DNA from: Thecamonas trahens ATCC 50062
Lineage: Eukaryota > Protista > Apusomonadida
Reading direction: 5' to 3'
DNA length: 64,000 nucleotides
NCBI RefSeq assembly: GCF_000142905.1
Contig: NW_013657675.1
Span: 62,001 to 126,000, forward strand
Shown here: positions 1-9,564 of the stretch, piece by piece
Position numbering within the stretch: the stretch's first letter is position 1
How the letters are laid out: each line of letters begins with the position of its first letter
Made by a program: the position numbers and the translations under genes
Notes under the pieces: model-generated
The model's database searches: none
Told to the model about the DNA's origin: nothing
Seen by the model: only the letters and a program-made list of their open reading frames with translations

Positions 1-2411
1 AGGTACGGCTTCATGGCCGGGATGTAGACCTGGTTGTAGAAGGCAATGATGTCGCCGCTTGCTCCGCTGCTCGCCTCGAGCAGCACAGACTTGTAGACCT
101 TGGACGACGCTTGCGGTTGCGCCCGGTACTGCTCGATGATCTTCTTGAATGTGTAGTCGGTGATCGAGTTTGCCCGCGCCACGCCGTAGAGTGTGCAGAT
201 GACAAGCACGTCCAGGTGCCGCCGCCACAGCAGTGCGCGCGCCGCCACAAGCACGTGTGCCACGGCCTCCCACGACTGCACCATCACCAGTCGCGGCACG
301 CCCAGTCTCGCGCACAGATCGGTCAGCCGCTTGAACAGCAGCCCGAGGACCTTCCGCATAAAGACCTCCAGCGAGACCGCGGTGCCGGACCGGGAGCTCC
401 CGCTCGCCTTGCCCTCGGAGCTCGCTCCGCCTTCATCGTGAGCCGCTTCTTCGTCATCGTCACCGCTTCGGGGCTCCTGGAAAAGCGACGTCCGCGTCGG
501 CCGCCGCCCGCTGCCTAGCCCGCCCGTTCGCGGCTTGCGCGGCGACTCGGCATAAAGGTCTGCCGGCCGCAGCACAGGCTTGCGCGCCAGCGACGAAAGC
601 AGCGCATCCTTGGTCGTCTGCACAAACTCGTCGACGGCGGGCACGTATGGTGACTCGGCGCTCAGCAATCGCTCCAGCACCACAGACTGCCACGCGTGTG
701 AGTCAAGCACAGACTCCTCCACCTCGCGGAGGTGCTGCCGCAGCGGCTCTGGCAGCCGCAGCCGCGCCGTCGCCGCCGTGATGAACGAGTCCAGGATCTT
801 GACAAAGTGGAACGCGTCCACAGGCAGCGCGCCCAGCACCGCAGGGAACTCGGCTTGAGAGACCTTGTACGAGAAAATAACCACCTCGAGCGAGACCCCG
901 ACAAGCGCAGTGTGGAACGCGTCCGACGCGAGGAGCGCCGAAAAGTCGGTCATTCCCAGCCGTGCCTCCTCGGACTCGAGCAAAACGTGAAGCACCTCGT
1001 AGTAGAGCGCAAGCCCGAGCGCAGCGCGCTCATTGCTCGCTCCGAGCTCGCCGCCAAGATCAACCTTGGCCACCAGGCCAGCCGCCCGGCCTGACACGCC
1101 GTCCACCGTCACGTTCTCAGCCGACGCTGCCTCTACAAACCGAGCCACTACGTCCGGGACAGGCACGCTCCCGTTCCGCGGCACGTCAAACATCGACCGC
1201 AGCCACCGCACCAGCGAGTGCGCAGACGACATCGGCGTCGCAGGCACACCGCTCCCACCGCTCCGTCCCCCGCGCGACGGTGACTCGGGATACCGCAGCG
1301 CAGAGTTGACCAGCGACGGCGACGCTGTCGCTGCAGCCAGCACCCGCCCCGCCCGCGCCGTGCTCGGCGTCCGCGGCGGCGTAACTGCGTAAAACTTGCG
1401 CGAGGACGTCGAGAGCTTAGAAACCCCGCTGAGCGGCCCGCCGCCCGGCCCCGACTCGGAGAGGAACGTCCGCTCGTCGAGCCCGCCCAAAGCCTCGTGG
1501 TGCGTCGAGTACTCGGCCGAGGCCTTGCCCAGCAGCGTGTGCAAGTGCTTGGCTACGCTGCCGGCACTGATTTTTGTCTTGCCGCGCGCCGCGCTCGACA
1601 TCCACCGTCCCAGCAGCTCGTCCAGTTTCTCCGCCATTGCCGACGTGTAAACCTCAACCAGGTGGTCCGGCTCAATCCTGTTCTCGCCAGCAAGAACGCG
1701 GAGGTGCGCCTCGACGCTCTCGCCGCTTCGCGCTGCCGCAAACGCGTCCGACAGCGAGGCGCCCGGCAGGAGCGACGTCGCCACGGCCACCACCGAGAGC
1801 AGCAGGTAGTACGAGTTGACCAGGTCCGGAGGTGAGCCGAGCAGCGCGTCGCGCGCAAGCACAAACAAATGCCAACCGAGCGAGTACATCAGCGGCTCGC
1901 CGCCGCCCTCGCTCCGCACAGCCCACGCCCATACCTTATCGTACTTTTGGAACAAGATCGTCGCCACCACAAACCCGCGCTCCACCATCTTGAGATGCGC
2001 ATCAAAAGCCCCGTCGAGCGAGAGCACATGGATCACAGACTTGGCCGCACCGAAAAAGTCCAGCAGCGACGTCTCGGCCTCGCGCAGCAGCTTGGTCAGC
2101 GAGAGGCTTGGCGAGCTCCCGCCCGTGGCGCCAATTCTGCCGCCGGCCTTGTTCCCGCTCCGGCTCACCCCGCCGGCCTTGCTCCTGCTCTGTGGCAGGC
2201 CCGCAGAGAGCCCACCCTCGGTCCCGCACGCCGCCTCAATGTCCTGTGCATGGACTGCAAGGTACAGTGCAGCCGCCGCCAGCTGCCGGTCCTCGGGCGC
2301 CTCGTCAGCCGCAAAGCCCTCGTGCGCTTTGTGAAAGAGCGACGCCGCAAGCGCCTCCACCTCGGCCCCCACAGAGCCCAGTGCCTCAGCTAGCGTCAAA
2401 GGCGTCGTCAT
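1..2411 (-). CDS. RBR: Retinoblastoma-family pocket protein (Rb/p107/p130/RBR-like), 3' end runs off the window
   Basis: Manual translation from the ATG at 2411; absent from the ORF track, consistent with no in-frame stop before base 1. N-domain SLTKLLREAETSLLDFF and DLVNSYYLLL; pocket A ATPMSSAH, LYYEVL, DAFHTALVGVSLEVVIFSYK and HLREVEESVLDSHAW; pocket B SLEVFMRKV, RRHLDVLVICTLY, YRAQPQASSKVYKSVL and GDIIAFYNQVYIP. S/T-P sites lie in the linkers. Confidence 0.93.
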   Translation of the reverse strand, partial: MTTPLTLAEALGSVGAEVEALAASLFHKAHEGFAADEAPEDRQLAAAALYLAVHAQDIEAACGTEGGLSAGLPQSRSKAGGVSRSGNKAGGRIGATGGSSPSLSLTKLLREAETSLLDFFGAAKSVIHVLSLDGAFDAHLKMVERGFVVATILFQKYDKVWAWAVRSEGGGEPLMYSLGWHLFVLARDALLGSPPDLVNSYYLLLSVVAVATSLLPGASLSDAFAAARSGESVEAHLRVLAGENRIEPDHLVEVYTSAMAEKLDELLGRWMSSAARGKTKISAGSVAKHLHTLLGKASAEYSTHHEALGGLDERTFLSESGPGGGPLSGVSKLSTSSRKFYAVTPPRTPSTARAGRVLAAATASPSLVNSALRYPESPSRGGRSGGSGVPATPMSSAHSLVRWLRSMFDVPRNGSVPVPDVVARFVEAASAENVTVDGVSGRAAGLVAKVDLGGELGASNERAALGLALYYEVLHVLLESEEARLGMTDFSALLASDAFHTALVGVSLEVVIFSYKVSQAEFPAVLGALPVDAFHFVKILDSFITAATARLRLPEPLRQHLREVEESVLDSHAWQSVVLERLLSAESPYVPAVDEFVQTTKDALLSSLARKPVLRPADLYAESPRKPRTGGLGSGRRPTRTSLFQEPRSGDDDEEAAHDEGGASSEGKASGSSRSGTAVSLEVFMRKVLGLLFKRLTDLCARLGVPRLVMVQSWEAVAHVLVAARALLWRRHLDVLVICTLYGVARANSITDYTFKKIIEQYRAQPQASSKVYKSVLLEASSGASGDIIAFYNQVYIPAMKPY

Positions 2412-2719
2412 ACAGCCTCCTACCTCGACACAACGCGTCTGCTTCCGCCTACTCTCGCCACACGAGCCGCCAAAGAGAGCTACCACGACCCACGCCCGTC
2501 ACCGTAGCTGGCCGTCCGCCTCGCCGCCACTGCCGTTTTCCGCCGAACTTGCTCCACCCATGCCCCGCAACGTTTTTTCCACACCTTGCCTGCTGCCTCG
2601 TCAAGCTCCCCCCTTGGCGCGTAGCAACCTTGCGCGCCTCTGCCCTGTCCTTCGCACCGCCTTTAACCCGCCCCTCTGCCGCTGTGGGTGCGGAGGAACA
2701 TCGGCCGCGCGCGCCTTTT

Positions 2720-2736
2720 TTTGGCGCCAAACCAAT
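2720..2736. promoter_or_regulatory. Palindromic E2F/DP site TTTGGCGCCAAA (2720-2731) followed by CCAAT (2732-2736)
   Basis: Matches the E2F consensus TTTSSCGC on both strands, about 310 bp upstream of the Rb ATG. Confidence 0.6.
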
Positions 2737-2760
2737 CCGGCCGCCCAACCGCCACACCGG

Positions 2761-3900
2761 TCACAGCACGCCCAGCCACCGGAGGGCCATGGCGAGGAGA
2801 GCGACTCCCACAGCAAGAAGACCCAGTAGTACCCTGCTCGCTGGCCCCCTTTGTGCACTTGGCCTGGTTGCTCTTGCAACACTCGCTCTGCCTGGCGCAG
2901 GAAGCTCGACCCGTCTCGCACCCACTAAGCTCGCCTCGTCACCGACCACATCGCTCAGCACCGCAAGCGCTTGCTCGGCCGGCTCGGCAGCCATGCGCGG
3001 AATACTGAGAAGGAGGCCGCTGCTTGGAGTCCGAATAAATATCCGCGACGGCGCAAGCCCGGTGCCGGCACCGTCTTCGGCCCAGCTCCGCGCTATGGCC
3101 GCAATCGCCCGGGTGGCATCGACCGCCCACGCCGCTGTCACCGCCGCAAAGCTGTCGCGTTCGTCGGCGGCAATCCAGCCGGCGACCGCCAGCCGAGCTG
3201 CGGTGAGTCCACGACCGCTCGCTGCGCCATTCACAACGCTCGATCGGACTCCAGGCTGACACAGGACGTTGGCCTTGGCGCCGATCGCGCCTGCCGTGCC
3301 TTCACTCGACCCGTCCATCAGCTCACGCACACTCACTCGCCGCCCGGCCATCCACGGCGCAAAGGCGACAGCGTCGCCAATCCTCAGGCATGCCACCCGC
3401 CCCACTGCCTCGGCAGCAGCACGAGCGGCTTCGCGCGCGATGTCGCGCGCACCGAGATCCGCCACCACCGGGAGTTCGGCCCAGATACCGACAAACTCTT
3501 CGCTTGCCTTGCCCGACCTTGCCACCACTTCGATCCGCGACTGCGGCGCAGACGCGTCCGTCGCCTTGGGCCGCCCCCGGCTGGACCCGTCCAGAGCGAG
3601 AGTGAGGACCAGCGCCGAGTCGCGGTCGCCTTCGGCCGCCACTCTGGCCAGCCGGCTTGCCGCATCGGCAATCTGCGCACTCTTGTGCACCATGTACACG
3701 CCGACCACCGCCAGACCGCCGACCAGCACGCTCTCGAGTTCAGCCAAGTCGCCCGCGTCCAGCTCGGCCGCCACCGCCGCTGCCACCCGGCACCGGCCCG
3801 ACATGACCACGCCGATCAGCGCCCCGGTCGCCGGTTGCTGCAACGAGGTCAGCCGTGCCAGCACCTGCTGGGCAACTTCGACTCTACGCCTGGACGGCAT
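2761..3900 (-). CDS. Tail-anchored membrane protein, possibly ODR-4-like
   Basis: 379-aa ORF. N-terminal GALIG and VLVGGLAVVGVY resemble the ODR-4 'LPGGL.VLGVF' region; C-terminal hydrophobic anchor VLLGLLAVGVALLAMALRWLGVL. Confidence 0.45.
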   Translation of the reverse strand: MPSRRRVEVAQQVLARLTSLQQPATGALIGVVMSGRCRVAAAVAAELDAGDLAELESVLVGGLAVVGVYMVHKSAQIADAASRLARVAAEGDRDSALVLTLALDGSSRGRPKATDASAPQSRIEVVARSGKASEEFVGIWAELPVVADLGARDIAREAARAAAEAVGRVACLRIGDAVAFAPWMAGRRVSVRELMDGSSEGTAGAIGAKANVLCQPGVRSSVVNGAASGRGLTAARLAVAGWIAADERDSFAAVTAAWAVDATRAIAAIARSWAEDGAGTGLAPSRIFIRTPSSGLLLSIPRMAAEPAEQALAVLSDVVGDEASLVGARRVELPAPGRASVARATRPSAQRGPASRVLLGLLAVGVALLAMALRWLGVL

Positions 3901-4420
3901 GGTAGAGAGAGTGTGGGTGGGTGGGTGGGTGGGGGGGGGGGGGGGGGGGGGGAGGGGGTGCGTTTGATGTGAGCAGGTAGCAAGCAGCCCGTGTCGCAGT
4001 CAGAGTCGAGTGCTTCACCGTCCGACCGCTAGCACATTNNNNNNNNNNNNNNNNNNNNNNNNNNNNNNNNNNNNNNNNNNNNNNNNNNNNNNNNNNNNNN
4101 NNNNNNNNNNNNNNNNNNNNNNNNNNNNNNNNNNNNNNCAAAAGGGTTTTCTTCGGAAAATTTTTTCCGCTTTTTGGTGAGGGGTTAAATTTCCCCCCCC
4201 CCCTTTTTCCCCCCCACTTTTTTCCCCCTTTTGTGTGCCCTTTTCACACTGGGGTGGACCCAAAGGGGGTGGGGGGGGAGTTCCTCCCCCCCCCCCGGGG
4301 GGGGGTGTGTGTCTCCTCCCTCCCCTCCGTCTCCTCCCTCCCTCCCCCCCCCCCCCCCTCTCTCTTTGCCAACGGCCGGCGCCATGCTTACTCACTTGAT
4401 GTTGCGATGAGGCGAGGTAG

Positions 4421-5971
4421 GTACGCCGCCATTCTGACCCAGTCACAGAGGTCCGGCATTGTCAAGTCGTTGTGGCAGGTGTATGACAAGGATGGCTCGC
4501 GGCATCTCTCGCGCAAGGCTGTCCGCGAGCTGCTTGGCTCGGTGCTAGCGTCGTTTAAGCGGATCGAGGCGTTTGTGCCTGGACAGCTCGCCCGGGACGC
4601 ACCCAAGGCGCGCGGGACGAAGCGGCAGGGCAAGATCACTACGGTCGACGGCTCGGACTTTTTGCTCAGCCTCGATGAGAAGAAGGCTGTGGCCAAGCTG
4701 ACGTCGACTCTGTTCGACAAGCTCCACACCGTCAACGACACCCTCTGCTACCACGAGTTGCTCGAGGAGGGCGACGAGGACGACGTCGAGGACTTTCTGG
4801 ACATTGCCGAGGCACTCACCGACCTGCTTCCGCTCTCAATCAAGGGCCACGTGTGGGATGCCGAGGACTCGGCCTCGTTCGACGACATGCGCACGCTCCG
4901 CTCGGCCTCGCACATCGCCTCGTGCCCGCACTGCGGCGATGGCTCGCCTGATCACAACCACAACTTTGCGCCGAGCCCTGACTCGGTCAAGGCCAAGTCC
5001 AAGTCCAAGTCCAAGTCCAAGAAAGCCAAGGCTAAGAAGAAGAAGCAGCGCCGGGTCATCACCACCGTCACCACCACCAAGGAGGCTGTCGACAAGTCCG
5101 CCCCGCCGCCAGCCGACGGCTCGGACTCGAGCTCGGCGGCCAAGACGTCGAAAAAGAAGAAGCGCTCCAAGAAGCGCTCCAAGAAGCGCGTTAGCGAGCC
5201 GGCCGACGCCGGCGCTTCCTCTGCCACTGCCACCACCACCACCACTACCACCACGTCCACATCCAAGAAGCGGCGCAAGAAGAAGTCGTCCAAGAAGAAG
5301 CGCCGCCGCAAGTCTGTTGACGGCGGCGCCTCCTCCGCCGCCACCACCACAACCACCGTCACTACGTCGAAGAAGCGCCGCAAGAAAAGTCGTCCAAGAA
5401 GCGCCGCAAGAAGACGGTGTCCAAGAAGAAGCGCCGCCGCAAGTCTGCCGACGACGGCGCCTCCTCCGCCGCCACCACCACCACCACCGTCACTACGTCG
5501 AAGAAGCGTCGCAAGAAGAAGTCGTCCAAGAAGAAGCGCCGCCGTAAGACCGACGATGGCGCGTCCACGGCGGCTACCGACTCCACCAAATCCAAGAAGC
5601 GCCGCAAGAAGCGGTCAAAGAAAAAGGTGGCGGCAGCGCCGGCGCCGGCGTCAGCGTCCAAGGCCAAGGCCAAGAAGACGACGACAACGACTGTAACGAC
5701 GACGACGACCAAGAAGACGGTCGACCCCAAGACCGGAAAGACGACCAAGAAGACGCTCACGTCCAAGAAGGCCAAGTCCAAGAAGGCCAAGAAGAAGAAC
5801 AAGCCGCCCAAGGAGAAGATCGAGGTCATCACTCTTCCCTCCGGCGAGCAGAAGGTCAAGCGGATGGTCCGCGTCAAGCGCTCCGAGAAGCGGCGGCGCC
5901 AGGCTGAGCGCGCACAGCGCCGCGCTGCTCGCAAGGCGGGCAAGAACGGGAGCAAGAAGGGCAAGAAGTAG
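4421..5971 (+). CDS. Protein with degenerate EF-hand, CPHC motif and long Lys/Ser/Thr-rich basic repeat tail (first exon not located, possibly in the gap; frameshift near 5385)
   Basis: Putative acceptor ...gaggtag at 4420; VYDKDGSRHLSRKAVRELL is an EF-hand-like loop. ORF 4233-5696 continues in ORF 5417-5971 after one base is lost in a repeat copy (caagaaaagtcg vs caagaagaagtcg). Confidence 0.7.
5150..5620 (+). repeat. Coding tandem repeat (~100-bp units: KKRRKKKSSKKKRRRKS.DGASSAATTTTTVTTS)
   Basis: Three to four recognisable imperfect copies. Confidence 0.85.
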
Positions 5972-6208
5972 TAATCACCTCTGTCTGAACCAACAAACAC
6001 ACACATCCATCCACATCCCCCCCCCCCTAGACACACACCCGCCCACCCGCTCACCATTCAACCCATCGTGATCATCTCCATCGTGGTGCCAGTTTTCCGG
6101 TCCTACCAGCCACCACCCGTCGTTGGTTGGCCGCCCCGCCCGCCCGCCCGCCCGCCCGCCCGCCCGCCCGCCAACCGACCAAACCTCACTCGATCGACCG
6201 TTGGCGAC

Positions 6209-8117
6209 ATGGGAGGCAAGGTGAGCAAGCCGGTCAAGGAAGCCGTGAGCGGAGCAAAGGACTCGGGCGTCTTCCTCCTTGTACATGAGCCGCTACCAGA
6301 TGGTCACCTCCCGTCCAAGTTCTACAAACTGGCTGACAAGCTGACAGAGGTCCGCATCGACGGCTGCGAGCTCGGTACGTGACCTGGCCAAGGCGACCGC
6401 CACCAGCCACCATCGGCCGCCTTCGGCCGCCATCGATGTCATGCCGCACATCCTTGGACCTTCTTGCGCATATACTCACACTCACCTCCTCCTGCTCCTT
6501 CCAGGCGAGCTTGATGATGAGAAGACGAGCAAGCTGGCCGGAGTGACCCGACTTAACCTGGCCAACAACGCCCTGACGCACTTGCCCAACTCGATCAAGG
6601 ACCTGACGGCTCTCGTCGAGCTGGATGTGAGCTCGAACAAGTTGTCCAAGTTCCCGTCGATCGCAACTTGGGACAGGCTGACCAACTTGCGGCTGGGCCA
6701 CAACGCGCTGACCTCGTTTGCCTCGCTTGCGTCAGCGGCCTCGCTCGCCAAGCTCGATCTCTCGCACAACAAGCTCCGCGCCGTCCCGACGGTGGTCTCC
6801 AAGATGCCGGCGCTCACCTCGCTGGATCTCTCCCACAACGCCATCACTCTTGTTCCGGCCTCGCTCGGCAACGCGCCGCGTCTCAAGCAGCTGAAGCTTG
6901 GCCGCAACGCCATCAACGACATCGACCCGGCGCTGGCCTCCATCGCCTCGCTCTCCTCGCTCGAGCTCGACGGTAACGCCCTCGAAGACATCCCCAACGA
7001 GCTTGGCTACTGCACCGCGCTCTCGTGGCTAGTCCTCAACGACAATCCGCTCGACGACATCCCGCTCGACATCATCGACGACGTCGACGCGGTCAAGGCT
7101 CATCTCCGCGACCGCGCCGAGGGCCGGACCCCGAGCGAGCCCGCCGAGGCCGAGCCGAGCGAGCCCTCGGACGCCACAGACATCGATGCTGCCGATGACC
7201 CTCCGGTCGCCGACTCGACGAGCGGCGAGCATGAGCCGACCGGCGACGACGACGTGCCCGAAGAGTTCGAGTACGAGTACGAGTACGAGCCGGTGCTGGT
7301 CGACGCCGGGAAGGGCGAGGACGACGCCGAGCCTGGTGCTCATCACAACGTTGGCGACAGCCCCGACGATTTGCACGAGTATTCGTACTACGACGAGCTC
7401 GATGAGCTTGACGAGAACACGGCGCCAGTCTCGTTTGTTGTCAAGAACTCGCTGGGGGCGGTCGACAAGGAGTCGACGGCCTCGCTCATCACTCAGGCGT
7501 TCTCGGGCATGCGGGCGGCGCGCGAGCCGCTCCTCCAGCATCTGCACATGTCGCTGGACTCAATCCTGGAGCCGTCGCTCTTTCCTCGGCCGCCATACCA
7601 CGCCGACGAGCACTCGTCGCCAGAGCGCAGCTCGCTGCAGCCGCAGCAGCTGCCAAACACGCTTGTGAGCCATCCGTACACCCAGGGCTCGCTCTCGATC
7701 TCTCGCCCGCCGACGCAGTCGGACGACGTTGGCCTCTTTCCGCCGCGCACGCCGCTGACGGCCTCGCTCGGACTCCCGCAAGACAACACTTCACTTTATC
7801 AGCGCCACACCGATGCATACGGCCTGCCGGCGCGCACCTCGCCGGCGCGTTCGCCGTCACCAGAGCTCGCCGCCCGCGCCCCGACGCTTGCGGCCTACAT
7901 GCCGGCGACCGAGCCGAATGTGCCGTACTCGCAGCGTCCGGCGGCGGCGTCGTACCTCGACCCGACTCCGGGTAGGCACACCACGTTTGCCTCGTCAGCG
8001 TCGGCCTCGGGCTACGCCGGCGCCTCGACCGCTGCGGCCTCGTATCCCTACGCCGGCGATTTGAGCACCCGCAAGACGTATCTCTCCAAGTACATCGAGC
8101 TCTCGCGCGAGCTGTGA
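6209..8117 (+). CDS. Leucine-rich repeat protein with probable N-myristoylation (MGGKVSK); intron 6375-6504
   Basis: Exon 1 6209-6374 splices in frame (GTACGT...CCAG) to ORF 6441-8117; about 8 LxxLxLxxNxL repeats, then an acidic and Pro/Ser-rich tail. Confidence 0.88.
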
Positions 8118-8147
8118 CGCTAGGCGCGAGCCGTGGCCCTTGGCGGC

Positions 8148-9499
8148 TCACGACGCCGTAACCGTGGCGAACAGGTCAAGGTTTGAATGGACCTGAGAGT
8201 CGACGGCGAGGAACTCGATAAGCGTCGCCGACCGCGACATGAGTGGATGGCCAACAGCGCCGACTAGCAGTGCCTCAAAGTACGCTCGGCGCGTCTCTAG
8301 CTCGGCATCAGACGGCTTTTTCATGCCTGACTTGGGCGGAAAGTCGATCATAAAGGTGAGCGACGACGAGCGGTCAAACTCGGTACCAAGCTCGCGGTGG
8401 AGCTGCAAGAACTGCGAGTAGCGCCGGAGGAGAACAGCGTACGGCTGAGCAGCCGCATCAAGGATGTCGGTCTCGCGGTAGAGATGGATCTCGTAGACGT
8501 GGTACTTGCCCGAGTCGTCGAGCCGGACTGTCGGGACCTGGAGCGCACCGACCTCGACCGCCGTGGCGCCAACCGACGATGCCACCTGCAGCTTGGAACT
8601 TGCCGGCACAGACATGTACTCGGACGACGACGGCGAGCCGACCAGCCGCGGCGATGCGAGCGTGTCTGACGACGCTGCCGAGTCTGCGCGCCCGGCGTCG
8701 AGCGCGATGGCGACGCCACCGTCGACGCCGCCGTCGTGCAGCGCGAACATCGTCCGCACGTCGGGCTCGTCGCGCAGGCTCGGGTTCGCCATCACAAACT
8801 GGATGTACGCGTTGAGCCCGTGCTGCCGCGCGTCGAGGTCCGGCGAGACCGACTTGGGCGGAAAGAGCGCAAACAGGTTCTCGGTCGTCGACGCCAGCGC
8901 CACCCCGTCGGCGCCCTTGGCCTCGCCCAGCTCGGCCTCGACCCGCTTCCGCGCCGAGAGCGCCACCATGTCGGCTGCCGACCCACGCCCGCCGACGCTG
9001 CGCTTTCCTCGCCCGCGCATCGCCGCCACCGCCCGCAACTCTGCCATCAGTACCGCGTTGAGTGCCTTGTTGGTGTCCTTGGGCACCTTGACCGACACAA
9101 AGGTGTACTTTGCCCTCAGCCCCTTGTGCAGCGCCAGCAGCTCCGAGTATCGCCGCTCCACAAACCACTCGCTCCCGTCGCCCCTACAGACTCTGATGCG
9201 ATAGACCTGTTGTCGGCCACAGACGCCGAGCACCCCCCACCCGCCACAGACGCCGAGCACCCCCACACCCACACACCCACACACCCACACACCCATACCC
9301 ACCCACACCCACACACCCACACCCACACATGTATGCAGATGTCACACGTCAGTCCCTCTCCCCCACACACACACCCCCACACACATACCACATATGACCC
9401 AATAGCCTTCTTCACCTTGACCCGCTCCTCAATGTTCACCATCACCGCACTGGCATCCCCGGCAAGCAATGCCGCCAGTGTGTCTGCCTCGGCTGCCAT
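8148..9499 (-). CDS. Tandem PX-PX (phosphoinositide-binding) protein; intron 9207-9388
   Basis: PX1: YVVYRIRV...VERRYSELLALH...FPPK...ARQHGLNAYI. PX2: YHVYEI...RRYSQFLQLH...FPPK...ETRRAYFEALL. GTATGT donor and CAG acceptor join in frame. Confidence 0.88.
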
Positions 9500-9564
9500 G
9501 TTTCTCTCCTGCTGAAGTGAGCCAAGTGGCCCCTCCCCCTCCCTCTCACCCCCACTGCTCCCGT

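Noticed and set aside
4039-4350. Poly-G/C/T-rich sequence flanking N-gaps (also 20490-20730 and 30700-30813)
   Set aside because: Looks like low-quality read ends; not interpretable as G-quadruplex elements or ORFs without resequencing.
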